From positions 1 through 64,000 of the forward strand of contig NW_003314395.1 in assembly GCF_000143415.4 (NCBI RefSeq): DNA of 64,000 bases, written 5' to 3'. This DNA is from Selaginella moellendorffii (Eukaryota > Plantae > Lycopodiophyta). A program made the translations under genes and the position numbers. Shown here in pieces: positions 1-10,177 of this stretch; within the stretch, counting starts at the first letter, position 1, and every line of letters starts with the position of its first letter. The notes below the pieces were generated by a model. That model saw nothing but the letters and a program-made list of their open reading frames with translations. It made no database searches and had not been told where the DNA came from.

Positions 1-660
1 TTCAGGCGAGTTAGCTTGGCGTGTCTTGTGGCTCCTTACTCATAGCCGATCGCGGGAACCGGCTGATTTGCAAGATACAAATCGATGATCCAAACTCGTG
101 TGATTCAAGCGATTCAGCCGTTTCAGGTGACTTCTCATCCTTTACCTGGATTTTTTTCTTTCGATTGGATTTAAAACTCCTGCTTTTTGCTGATTTCATG
201 ATCAGGATCACAAAAATGGGCTTTAATTCCCGTAGTGCTGCTTGGAGCTTTTATAATCTGGAAGATACTTGATCAGCGACGCCGGCAAGTATGTTTCACG
301 AGCAAAGCTGGTGACTCTTATGAAAATATTTCTAGGCAGGCGATCAGCTGGGAAACACTGAAAGATTGCTGGCGGACGTTCCAGAGGACGATGATCTGCA
401 AGTTTGGCAGCAGAAGCGAACTTGCTAGCGCCGTCTTTAGTCTTTTCCTGCTTGTATGTCATCAGGCACAGCTCCTCGGGTCTGTCTTCTTTGGTGTTGC
501 ACACGAAGTAAAAACGAAGCCAACTGAAACTCTCCCAACTTGGACGCTTCTGTTGCTCCTTCTCGCCCTCTTCCTTTTCTGGATTTGAGGAATTTGACTA
601 TGGTGCTTGAGTGTTTGGAGAAGTTCCAGTAGGAATTCAAGGACAAGCTCAACCACAGCT
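1..660 (+). pseudogene. NHL-repeat domain protein gene, 3' part (unit copy 1), disrupted
   Basis: SCGSLLIADRGNRLICKIQI matches the last NHL blade of plant NHL-domain proteins; TM exon carries a deletion relative to copies 2/3; 3' end approximate. Confidence 0.7.
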
Positions 661-726
661 AAGAATGTGCTCACACAAACTTTGTTTTTCCACTCTTCTT
701 GAATAGTCCATTGTTTTACAAATAAG

Positions 727-879
727 TTGACGCTCATGTTCCGGCCGGCTGAGGAGATGGACGTGCTCGAGTTCTCTGAGGCGGAGAGCAATCTCAACGA
801 TCTGGTGACCGAGTACCAGCAGTACCGGGATGCTTCCATGACGACGATGATTTTGGGGAGGATCGCGCAATCCACAACG
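727..879 (+). pseudogene. beta-tubulin C-terminal fragment (copy 1)
   Basis: [34 protein letters not shown] versus beta-tubulin [41 protein letters not shown]; acidic tail DDDDFGED lies in a shifted frame. Confidence 0.85.
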
Positions 880-999
880 TAAAAACCATTCTCTTTTTTC
901 ACAAAGGTTTAAAGTATTACTATTACTATAAAAGTATTACTATTTTTTTCCAAGTCAAGGGTTAGGTTATACTTTCTCGCTTGGATTTTTCTATTCGAG

Positions 1000-1827
1000 A
1001 TGTCGGAACGCGCGGTTTCGTCAGGTATGGATGCTTCTCTCCATCAAGAAGCTACGGTCTCTCGCGATCATGAGCCTCCAACGCTTGGCCGCCGAGCTCA
1101 AGCGCCCTGGCATGGCGGCCATCACCGAGCTTCACACCCGCGAGCTCCAGCTCCAGCTCCAGCGCATCGAGCAGCGCATGGACACCACCGTCCTCGAGCA
1201 TCTCATGGAGGCCACGAGCCAGCGCCACCTTTAGCTCCAGTTCTTCAAGGTGGCGCTCCAGTTCCAGCTCCGGCTCCAGCGCCAGCTGCTTTCGTTCATG
1301 CTCGCGGCCACCACCCTGGTGATCGAGCTCCAGCGCCTGCTCTCCTTGATCATGCTCGCCACCACGATCCTGCTCCACCAGCAGCGGTGTACCATCATCA
1401 TCACGGTGATGGAGCTCCTCTGGTTGTTCACCACCATCACCATGGTCACCATCATGGAGGCCGCCACCACCACCACCACCACCACCACCATCGTCCCGAC
1501 GGTCACAACGCAGCGATGGCCACACCGACACCCGCGGCAGTGGTTACAGTGGCTCGGAGGACGCCCTGGTCGCTGCTCCAGCTTCTTCTCTGGGTTTTGG
1601 TTGCGGTCTTGGTCCTGCTTGCGTGCTTTTTGCTAGTGCGATGGATGTTATCTCGAAGGAAACAGCGCAGGAATGCGATCTTTCAGGACCCTCAGTGGCG
1701 GATCGAAGTGACGAATCCTCTGGCAGTTGTGGTGGACGATTCTCTGACTGAGAAGAAAGAGCCCGAGTGGAGGATTAAAGTGCTAAACGCACAGGAGGAA
1801 GACGATTCTCTGACTATGAGCTTGTGA
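1000..1827 (+). CDS. His/Pro/Ala-rich (AGP-like) single-pass membrane protein, copy 1
   Basis: Intact ORF with APAPAP modules, poly-His tract, hydrophobic helix, basic RRKQRR and a tail with two PxWRIxVxN..DDSLT repeats; ATG shared by all copies is at 1027. Confidence 0.7.
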   Translation: MSERAVSSGMDASLHQEATVSRDHEPPTLGRRAQAPWHGGHHRASHPRAPAPAPAHRAAHGHHRPRASHGGHEPAPPLAPVLQGGAPVPAPAPAPAAFVHARGHHPGDRAPAPALLDHARHHDPAPPAAVYHHHHGDGAPLVVHHHHHGHHHGGRHHHHHHHHHRPDGHNAAMATPTPAAVVTVARRTPWSLLQLLLWVLVAVLVLLACFLLVRWMLSRRKQRRNAIFQDPQWRIEVTNPLAVVVDDSLTEKKEPEWRIKVLNAQEEDDSLTMSL

Positions 1828-1899
1828 AAGTACGGTGCTACCAGCATAGCGAGTGCTCGAGAGGTTTAAGCGGCGGGATTAGTGTGGTCTAGAATGCAC

Positions 1900-2560
1900 T
1901 CTGGCTTCACTCTAAACGGCACCAACTGACGATGCCTTGCTCTCATGAAGTACCGAGGCTGTGATCTGGACGCTCAAACGGTTGATACTGCATTGGAAGA
2001 CCTGTTCCAGTGTTTGGAGTGAAGAAGACACAGAGAGCTTCGTCCATCTGCAAAGGTTATATTCATCGCGACAATCTCTATGCAAGGTGTCGAAGCCTCG
2101 TCAAGTTTTTAAATGAATACCCCGGAAGCAACATCGGACTATCTTGATTGCCGGCTATGCTCAGCACAACGAACCGGACGAGCTGTTTCAGCGGATGCTG
2201 ATAAACTTTCGTGGCAGAACTGAAGGCTTGGGCAGCTCTGGCAATTAGGAAGGTAATTCACTTGACTATCTCCAGATATAGAGACGAAGTCATTGCGTCC
2301 GTGGCCAACTCAAAGCGAGAGTATCACTGGTGCTGAGCATGTAGTATTGCGAAGGACTGCCGAGTTATGGTCACCTGCGGCTTTGTTCTGGAAGTCTTAA
2401 AACCGGACGGGATTGCTTTCACTTCATCCTCACTGAGTGTAGCGATGCTGGCTTGGTCGACACAGCAACCCAGGCAATGAGCTGATCGTAGGTAACTCCA
2501 GATCTGGAGCACTTTCACTGTATGGTGGTGAGGCTGTCGAGATGGCGAAAACGATGCCTT
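1900..2560 (+). pseudogene. PLS-type PPR gene debris (copy 1)
   Basis: Frameshifted PPR words (LYARC, LIAGYAQHNEP, LKPDGIAF, LTECS.AGLV). Confidence 0.65.
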
Positions 2561-2913
2561 TGTGGATTATATTTTATGCTTTAAGATTTATTTCGACTTT
2601 TATTTATTGAAAAAGGAGTTGATTTCACGGTATCTTTTATTAGCTAATTATTTTTTTAGAGAGAGAAAGAGAAAAAATAATGGAGAGGCTATAACTTAAA
2701 TAATATAGAAAGGTGGTTTTAAAGAATTATAATGTTTCTCTTTGTTTCTCTTTTCTGTTGACATTTTTGGTTCTGAAACACAAAGTTGTCTGAGTGTGTG
2801 TCAGTGTTCTAATGTGGGTAGCAAGCTCAACAACTTTACAATAGACTAGATATGTCAAAGAGAGGGTTAGTATTTGCTAGTTTTTAACCTTGAGTTAGCT
2901 CTGGAGGAACAAT

Positions 2914-3106
2914 GATTCTAAGAGATGGGGAAGTCCTGTGTGAAGGGCATAATGTGCACTGCCCATCGAAAGGGAATCAAGTTAATATTCCCGAATTGGG
3001 ACAAGGAAGTGGGCGGTAACGCCGACAAATCCAGAGACACTGGCAGGGGCCCTGGAAAGAGTTCTCTTTTCTTTTTAACAGGCCTGCCGACCTTGAAATT
3101 GGTTCA
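2914..3106 (+). pseudogene. degenerate 25S/26S rRNA fragment
   Basis: gattctaagagatggggaag...cgaaagggaatcaagttaatattcccgaa...gaaagagttctcttttctttttaacaggcctgccgaccttgaaattggtt is collinear with a conserved LSU rRNA segment; absent at the same position in other unit copies. Confidence 0.85.
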
Positions 3107-3279
3107 TAGCAGCTTAACTAATAAAAGATGACAAAATCAACTATAAATCCACTTAATCTCCTTCAAATATTATTCTTCCTTTTTAATAAATAAAAGTAGA
3201 AATAAAATTTAATGCATTAAATAATCAGCATAACCCAAGCTTTTTGCATCCTCTAGAAAGTTCAAAATTCATTTTTGTG

Positions 3280-3474
3280 TCAAAACTTTCTTGGCTCCCA
3301 AAACCAATCCATTATTGAGTAATGCCAAGAAAAATCCTTACAACCATTTCTAAGAGTATACTCACAACAGCCCTTCATTCCACCAGCTTTTGAGGACTTG
3401 CAGTGATGAGGATCATACTTCTCCAGGAATTGAACATCATCTCCCCCAATATTTTGCCCAAAATTCATAATCAT
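3280..3474 (-). CDS. small Cys-containing ORF of unknown function (copy a)
   Basis: 64-aa ORF in AT-rich DNA, open in three copies; no recognised domain. Confidence 0.3.
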   Translation of the reverse strand: MIMNFGQNIGGDDVQFLEKYDPHHCKSSKAGGMKGCCEYTLRNGCKDFSWHYSIMDWFWEPRKF

Positions 3475-3599
3475 TTTACTTTTTTTGACAATACTTTATA
3501 TGCTAGAAGTTTAATTGGAGAATGGAAAGGCTATAATTAAAATAGTATGTAGTGGATACAAAAATGGTTATAAAAATTATAAGATAAAAAGGAGTGTTG

Positions 3600-4800
3600 G
3601 TTTGGCATTTCGCTCTGTTTCAAGCTGACCATGATCACTTGGGAAGTGGAAGAATTTTATAGCCAGACAAGAAGCAAGCTGCAGCCTACGTGCATATGGA
3701 ACTGTAGGCAAAGTTCAGAAGAAGCTTGGACACTGACAAACGTGGAATCATTCATAAGTTTGTACTTATGGGATAAAACTCACGCACATAGGGACAAGAT
3801 GGCTTCTCAAGGCTGCTCTCAAGGATCAGGGGTAGGTTTCAGACGTAGGGGCCATTGCATGGAACATTCCTGACAAAGAAAAAGAGGAGTCGTTGTGTGG
3901 GTATAGCAAGAGGCTGACTATCATTGTGAGTTCAAGAGCAACAATTTGTATTGGCAAGAATTTGCATGTAGACCTGCAATATTTCATCTCCACTCATAGA
4001 TCCTGGCACTTGATCTCTTTTTCCAGCATGTAGTAGCAAGGCTGTCAACTTGAGAAGCATGCCAGCTGATTCCAGGATGGAAACTGGATTTTTGATGAGC
4101 AAAAGAGGTAAGCTTAGTTCTGGACTGCAACAATGTATTAACTTTAAGAAGTTTTATATGCAGACAAAAGATTCCACATTCTAAACCTCTTGGACTCTAC
4201 TCCCAAGTGTGGCATGCTCAACAAGTTTTCGCAGTACATGGGAGCAGCTAAAGGAAATGACAAAGCCGAGAAAGGAATGGCTCTTCATTCGGCAGCTTGC
4301 AAGGCGGGCTATGATCTTGACATGTTCATGGCAAGGAGTCTGGTGGATCTATATGCAAGGTGTGGGAGCATGGAAGATTCATGCAAGATAGGTGCAAATT
4401 GTGGATATGAAGCTGATGCATTTGTCATGAGCAGCCTCGTGGACATGTGGAAGCATCAGAAGTATTTGGGAGGATGAAGAACCACAACGTTGGTTGTATG
4501 GAATATAATCATCATGGGACATGCACTTTGAGCGCTTCTATTGGATGTAATGAGATGCTGGAATTGTAGAAAAACATTGTTTCGTGGGATATATTGAGAA
4601 TATGTCTCAAAATGTCTACCTTTGCTCTCGAGCTCTACAAGCAAGCTGGCAGCCAAACACTCAGGCTTAGCTGGTGCTTTTGTGCAAAGAGGGAAGAGTC
4701 CACAAGCTCCACATGAATGATTTTTGGGGCAGCCTGGATATGAGATGATTGGTAGTTTCCTTTAGATGGGGGACATTGATTTGAGGGGCACTGCTATATT
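3600..4800 (+). pseudogene. PPR pseudogene fragments
   Basis: MFMARSLVDLYARCGSMED and FVMSSLVDM motifs with stops and frameshifts. Confidence 0.75.
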
Positions 4801-5159
4801 GAAGTGTGAGAGATCTGGTATAGACAAGAACAAGGAGGCAAACTGGCTTTTTGCTCTAGCTCTAGTTTTGGAATATAGATGATTGTAGATAGATTGGTTT
4901 CTTTTGATATGTGTGTTCTTAGAAATTTTACATCCAAGTCAAGCTATACATTGAGTCTATTCACCTCCTTGATGTCATTTTGAACTTTTAATTTGGCTCT
5001 TGTTTAAAATAATGTCATCAATAGTCTCTTCATCCTCATCATGACCCATACTCTTCATTAGGATCAACATCCCCCCCTCCCCCCCAAAAAGAACAATTCC
5101 AATGAAATCAACAAGCCCTAAATTCCTTCATTTTCTCTTCTTTGAAAGATAAAATGTAA

Positions 5160-5828
5160 TCTACCTCTAGCAATGGTGGTGACTGTTGGAAACAGAAAAA
5201 ATGTTCTAGAGAATTTTAAAAGAGAAAACGAAAATACCTTCGCCATCCTTGCTGATTTTGCGTATAGCCAAGTTCCTCGTATCCACCTAAGGACCGCGCC
5301 ATTGTCACAAATAGCAAGGCTTTGTGGGCGATTAAAAAGTGACTTTGCCGCCGGGCTGTCGACATAGCCGGACTCCCCCACGAGTGAACCGGCAAGAGCT
5401 TCCAAGCTGCTATCTAGAGGAAAAAAAAATCTTAAGCTTTGGCGCCACAAAACAAAGCATAAGAAAAGCCTCTAGTGCTTACTCCAGTCGAGAATTCCCT
5501 GTGCAGCGAGTGGCGCCTCTTCCAGACGCTCCCCAAGGGTATGAGGATCGTCAGTAGTGTGCGAGAGTGGCAGTCTCAGCTTCCATATACGATTGCCACT
5601 AGAATCGAGCGCCAACACAAACTTGTTCCGCAGGTCCATATACAAGCCAAAGGCATTTACCGAGTGCTTGTCGAGATCAAACAAGGTCTTGACAGTAAAC
5701 CCAGAACAAGCAAGAGAGTTCAACTCACTAACAAACTGACCTGAAGCGTCATTAGCAAGCGAGGCGACCAGCAGCGCTCCGATGATCCAGGCCGAGCTGT
5801 TCTTCATATCGTGCTCTAAAACCCTCAA
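5160..5828 (-). pseudogene. NHL-repeat gene 5' half, inverted and truncated
   Basis: SGFTVKTLFD, LALDSSGNRIWKL and GESGYVD..SLFNRPQSLAICDNG; breaks off after VTTIA. Confidence 0.8.
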
Positions 5829-8649
5829 GCGTCGTTTAGCCTGAGATGGTTAGAAGATCCATTTCCTATGTGGTTAAATACCCATGAATCATAATTGAAC
5901 TGTGTGTTCACGCCATTTGCAAGCTACAAAGAGTTATCATCAAGCAAGGCAGTGGAAACGCATGGATTTTGGTACTAGAACCATTCATGAACAATGGATA
6001 AGAACAACTAAGATGAAGGTATGCTATATATGAAGATTATCTCATGTTCTTTGGAAAATGTTGCCAGTTCTGGTGGGTGATTATCCATATCGAGCACTAA
6101 TTCTACTGTGAGAGAATATCAGATCATTGCACTCACATACATCCCACTCCCAGATCAAGCATGGAACGTTCAATTTCAGGGCTGAACGCATTCAGCCTTC
6201 ATGCAAAGAGATTGTGATGGGAATGGCATGACTGCTGCCAAGCATGTTGTGTAATTTTTGCCAAGGTGTTTGTGAAATAGGTTTACAGTGAACTTTCTAT
6301 TTGCAGATCCTAATCACTCCCAGGGTCACCATAATCAGTACAAACAAGTATAAAAGTATAAAGTATAAAAGGTTAAATTGTCATCTTCATTTTCATTGAG
6401 AAGCTGTTAACTAATCCATAACAATCTAGATAGCATTATTTCCTTAAAATATTTTGTGCAAACTAGTGATAAAGTTTATTGAAATGTTATCTCATTTGTT
6501 TATTTATATAAAAAGAATAAAAGAAGTTAGTTGTAAGTAATTAAAAAGAACAATTTGCAAAATGATTCATTAACATTTAAATATAAAGAGATTTATGCGT
6601 TTTGCTTTCTTTTCTCAAGCTAGTTTTCGAATGTTTGCAGCGTCATGGGACTTAACTTTTTAAGGCTATGCATTTTTGAGTTTAAATACTACTGAGTTAC
6701 AAAATATATTGCCCAAACTCACTCGATAGTACTTGCTTAAAATTGGGTATCCTCTCTTGGTTAAATCTTATGACAAGCCAAATATCAATTTAAACATATG
6801 ACCCCAAATACAAATTTTTGAATTTGGACTTTTTAGGAAGTCATCTACCATATTGTATAAAGTTTTGCTTATACTTATTGAGATGTATTAATTACATTAG
6901 CAATTTAATGAGTTGACAAGATTAATGTTAATTTATTGGATGAGTTATTACTATAGTGTCATAGGTAAAAATAAAATTCCTTTAGGCTTGCTATAAGTGG
7001 CAAATAAGTTGGTTCATAACTTTTTAGTATGACACTAGTGGATCTTTACTATGTATGATTATAACTGGATCAAAGTTCATATAGTCATTATTGTATTCTC
7101 TCATAAAATTTTCTTAAATTAGATTAATAATTTGCTATGTGTTGCATATAGCAATGCTTGGTTTGCTTATTCTTACTTATTAATCCAATTGATCTAATAA
7201 AGTTTATAATTATAAGCACATTTATAGTTTATAAACAGAAGATTAATCTTATTGAATATCAACCATTTAGAATAAAGAGAATATACTAGAAAGTGTTTAA
7301 GAAAGTTTAAAAATTATAAACATGTTTATAGATTACAAATACAAGATTAATCTTAATGGATAACAATGGTAGAATATCCTAGAATATTGAAGCATATTCT
7401 AAGTATATCCACTACCATCCCATAAGCAAGCCAAAACGACAAGTTTAATGTTTAGTCAACTTGAGTCCAAAAATAAAGTTATTAAAGATGAAATATCATC
7501 ATTTTCTCTTCTTTGAAAAATAAGATATGGTTTCAAAGAAATCAAGTGGTTTTATCGTTCCATAAGTTACTTTTTTATCCACATGCCACACAATCTTTAA
7601 AGTTTAGAGTGGTGAAGAAACTTGGTTTGTCTAAATATCCCCTTTGGTTTTCATAAGTTTATTGTGCATAAAACCATTAAACTTTAAAAAAAACATGAGG
7701 TTCTTGAACCTTTATCACAAAATATGAAAAAGCCATTGTAAAATACTCTTGAGCTGTATCCATAATAAATTTCACTTTATTCACATTAACATCCCTTAAC
7801 CTTTCACAAGAAAACAACCTTTTCCATAATATCTAGCTTTGTAAAAATTAAAACATTTGCCCTCCACCTTGTTGGTCCGAACAAATGTTTTTAATGTTAT
7901 TGTTATCTTCATTCTATGAGATTTGATACAATAATAATCATTTCTTACCTAAATATGAAGTATTGGGTAATTGGTTATCATATTATCTACCCCATTAACC
8001 ATTCTATTGACCATAGTTGACTAAGTTGCTTCAGTGATGGTATCAATCAATTTTGCTAGAAAATCTTTTTTGACTTTTTGCTATACATCCACCAAACTCA
8101 AACCATTAATAAAGCATTGCATTTTGAGCAAGCATTTGTAAAATTAAAGTAATGATCACAGAATTTATGAACATACACATTCAAAGACAAAATCCCTTTC
8201 ATGATCTTTAATAACTAGTTCACAAGATCAACTTTTTTAAACTTCTTCACAAATGAAGCATAAAGAACCTTTGTTAAACCACTTAGAAATCCTTAATTAA
8301 ATTACTAAATCTAAAATAAAAACCATAAAACTATTCTAAAAATATTTTATGGTTTGTTCTTTTTGGGGGGGAGGGGGGGATGCTGATCCTAATGAAGAGA
8401 ATGGGTCATGATGAGGATGAAGAGACTATTGATGACATTATTTTAAACAAGAGCCAAATTAAAAGTTCAAAATGACATCAAGGAGGTGAATAGACTCAAT
8501 GTATGGCTTGACTTTGGATGTAGAATTTGTAAGAACACACATATCAAAAGAAACCAATCTATCTACAATCATCTATATTCCAAAACTAGATCTAGAGCAA
8601 AAAGCCAGCTTGCCTCCTTGTTCTTATCTATACTAGATCTCTCACACTT

Positions 8650-9840
8650 CAATATAGCAGTGCCCTCAAATCAGTGTCCCCAATCTAAAGGAAATTACCA
8701 ATCATCTCATATCCAGGCTGCCCCAAAAATCCTTCATGTGGAGCTTGTGGACTCTTCCCTCTTTGCACAAAAGCACCAGCTAAGCCTGAGTGTTTGGCTG
8801 CCAGCTTGCTTGTAGAGCTCGAGAGCAAAGGTGGACATTTTGAGACATATTCTCAATATATCCCACGAAACAATGTTTTTCTACAATTCCAGCATCTCAT
8901 TACATCCAATAGAAGAGCTCAAAGTGCATGTCCCATGATGATTATATTCCATACAACCAACGTTGTGGTTCTTCATCCTCCCAAATACTTCTGATGCTTC
9001 CACATGTCCATGAGGCTTCTCATGACAAATGCATCAGCTTCATATCCACAATTTGCACCCATCCTGCATGAATCTTCCATGCTCCCATACCTTGCATACA
9101 GATCCACCAGACTCCTTGCCACGAACATGTCAAGATCACAGCCCGCCTTGCAAGCTACCGAATGAAGAGCCATTCCTTTCTCGGCTTTGTCATTTCCTTT
9201 AGCTGCTCCCAAGTACTGCGAAAACTTGCTGAGCATGCCACACTTGGGAGTAGAGTCCAAGAGGTTTAGAATGTGGAATCTGTTGTCTGCATATAAAACT
9301 TCTTAAAGTTAATACATTGTTGCAGTCCAGAACTAAGCTTACCTCTTTTGCTCATCAAAAATCCAGTTTCCATCCTGGAATCAGCTGGCATGCTTCTCAA
9401 GTTGACAGCCTTGCTACTACATGCTGGAAAAAGAGATCAAGTGCCAGGATCTATGAGTGGAGATGAAATATTGCAGGTCTACATGCAAATTCTTGCCAAT
9501 ACAAATTGTTTCTCCTGAACTCATGATGATAGCCAGCCTCTTGCTATACCCACACAACGACTCCTCTTTTTCTTTGTCAGGAATGTTCCATGCAATGGCC
9601 CCTACGTCTGAAACCTACGAGAGCAGCCTTGAGAAGCCATCTTGTCCCTATGTGCATGAGTTTTATCCCATAAGTACAAACTTATGAATGATTCCACGTT
9701 TGTCAGTGTCCAAGCTTCTTCTGAACTTTGCCTACAGTTCCATATGCATGTAGGCTGCAGCTTGCTTCTTGTCTGGCTATAACATTCTTCCACTTCCCAA
9801 GTGATCATGGTCAGCTTGAAACAGAGCGAAATGCCAAAGC
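8650..9840 (-). pseudogene. PPR pseudogene fragments (inverted copy)
   Basis: Reverse complement of 3600-4800. Confidence 0.75.
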
Positions 9841-9970
9841 AACAATCCTTTATTTCTTAAAATTTTTTTAACCATTTTGGTATCCACTACATACTCTTTT
9901 AATTATAGCCTTTCCATTCTCCAATTAAACTTCTAGCATATAAAGTATTGTCAAAAAAAGTAAAATTATT

Positions 9971-10159
9971 ATGAATTTTGGGCAAAATATTGGGGGAGAT
10001 GATGTTCAATTCCTGGAGAAGTATGATCCTCATCACTGCAAGTCCTCAAAAGCTGGTGGAATGAAGGGTTGTTGTGAGTATACTCTTAGAAATGGTTGTA
10101 AGGATTTTTCTTGGCATTACTCAATAATGGATTGGTTTTGGGAGCCAAGAAAGTTTTGA
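9971..10159 (+). CDS. small Cys-containing ORF of unknown function (copy b)
   Basis: Same peptide as 3280-3474 from its second Met; TATAAA ~30 bp upstream of the ATG. Confidence 0.3.
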   Translation: MNFGQNIGGDDVQFLEKYDPHHCKSSKAGGMKGCCEYTLRNGCKDFSWHYSIMDWFWEPRKF

Positions 10160-10177
10160 CACAAAAATGAATTTTGA

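Larger units (their letters stand above)
3262..10177. repeat. large inverted repeat, arms 3262-5096 and 8355-10177 (~1.8 kb)
   Basis: Arms are reverse complements (mirror ORFs 4190-4477/8973-9260, 4456-4656/8794-8994, 3280-3474/9971-10159); 5160-10177 is an inverted partial unit. Confidence 0.95.

Noticed and set aside
1031-1636. Alternative frames over the His-rich gene with striking GC3 (MLLSIKK.., MALQFQL.., antisense GGGG..LELE ORFs)
   Set aside because: Shadow effect: Pro/Ala/His/Gly/Arg codons start with C or G. The shifted frame has a TAG in all four copies and no coherent architecture.
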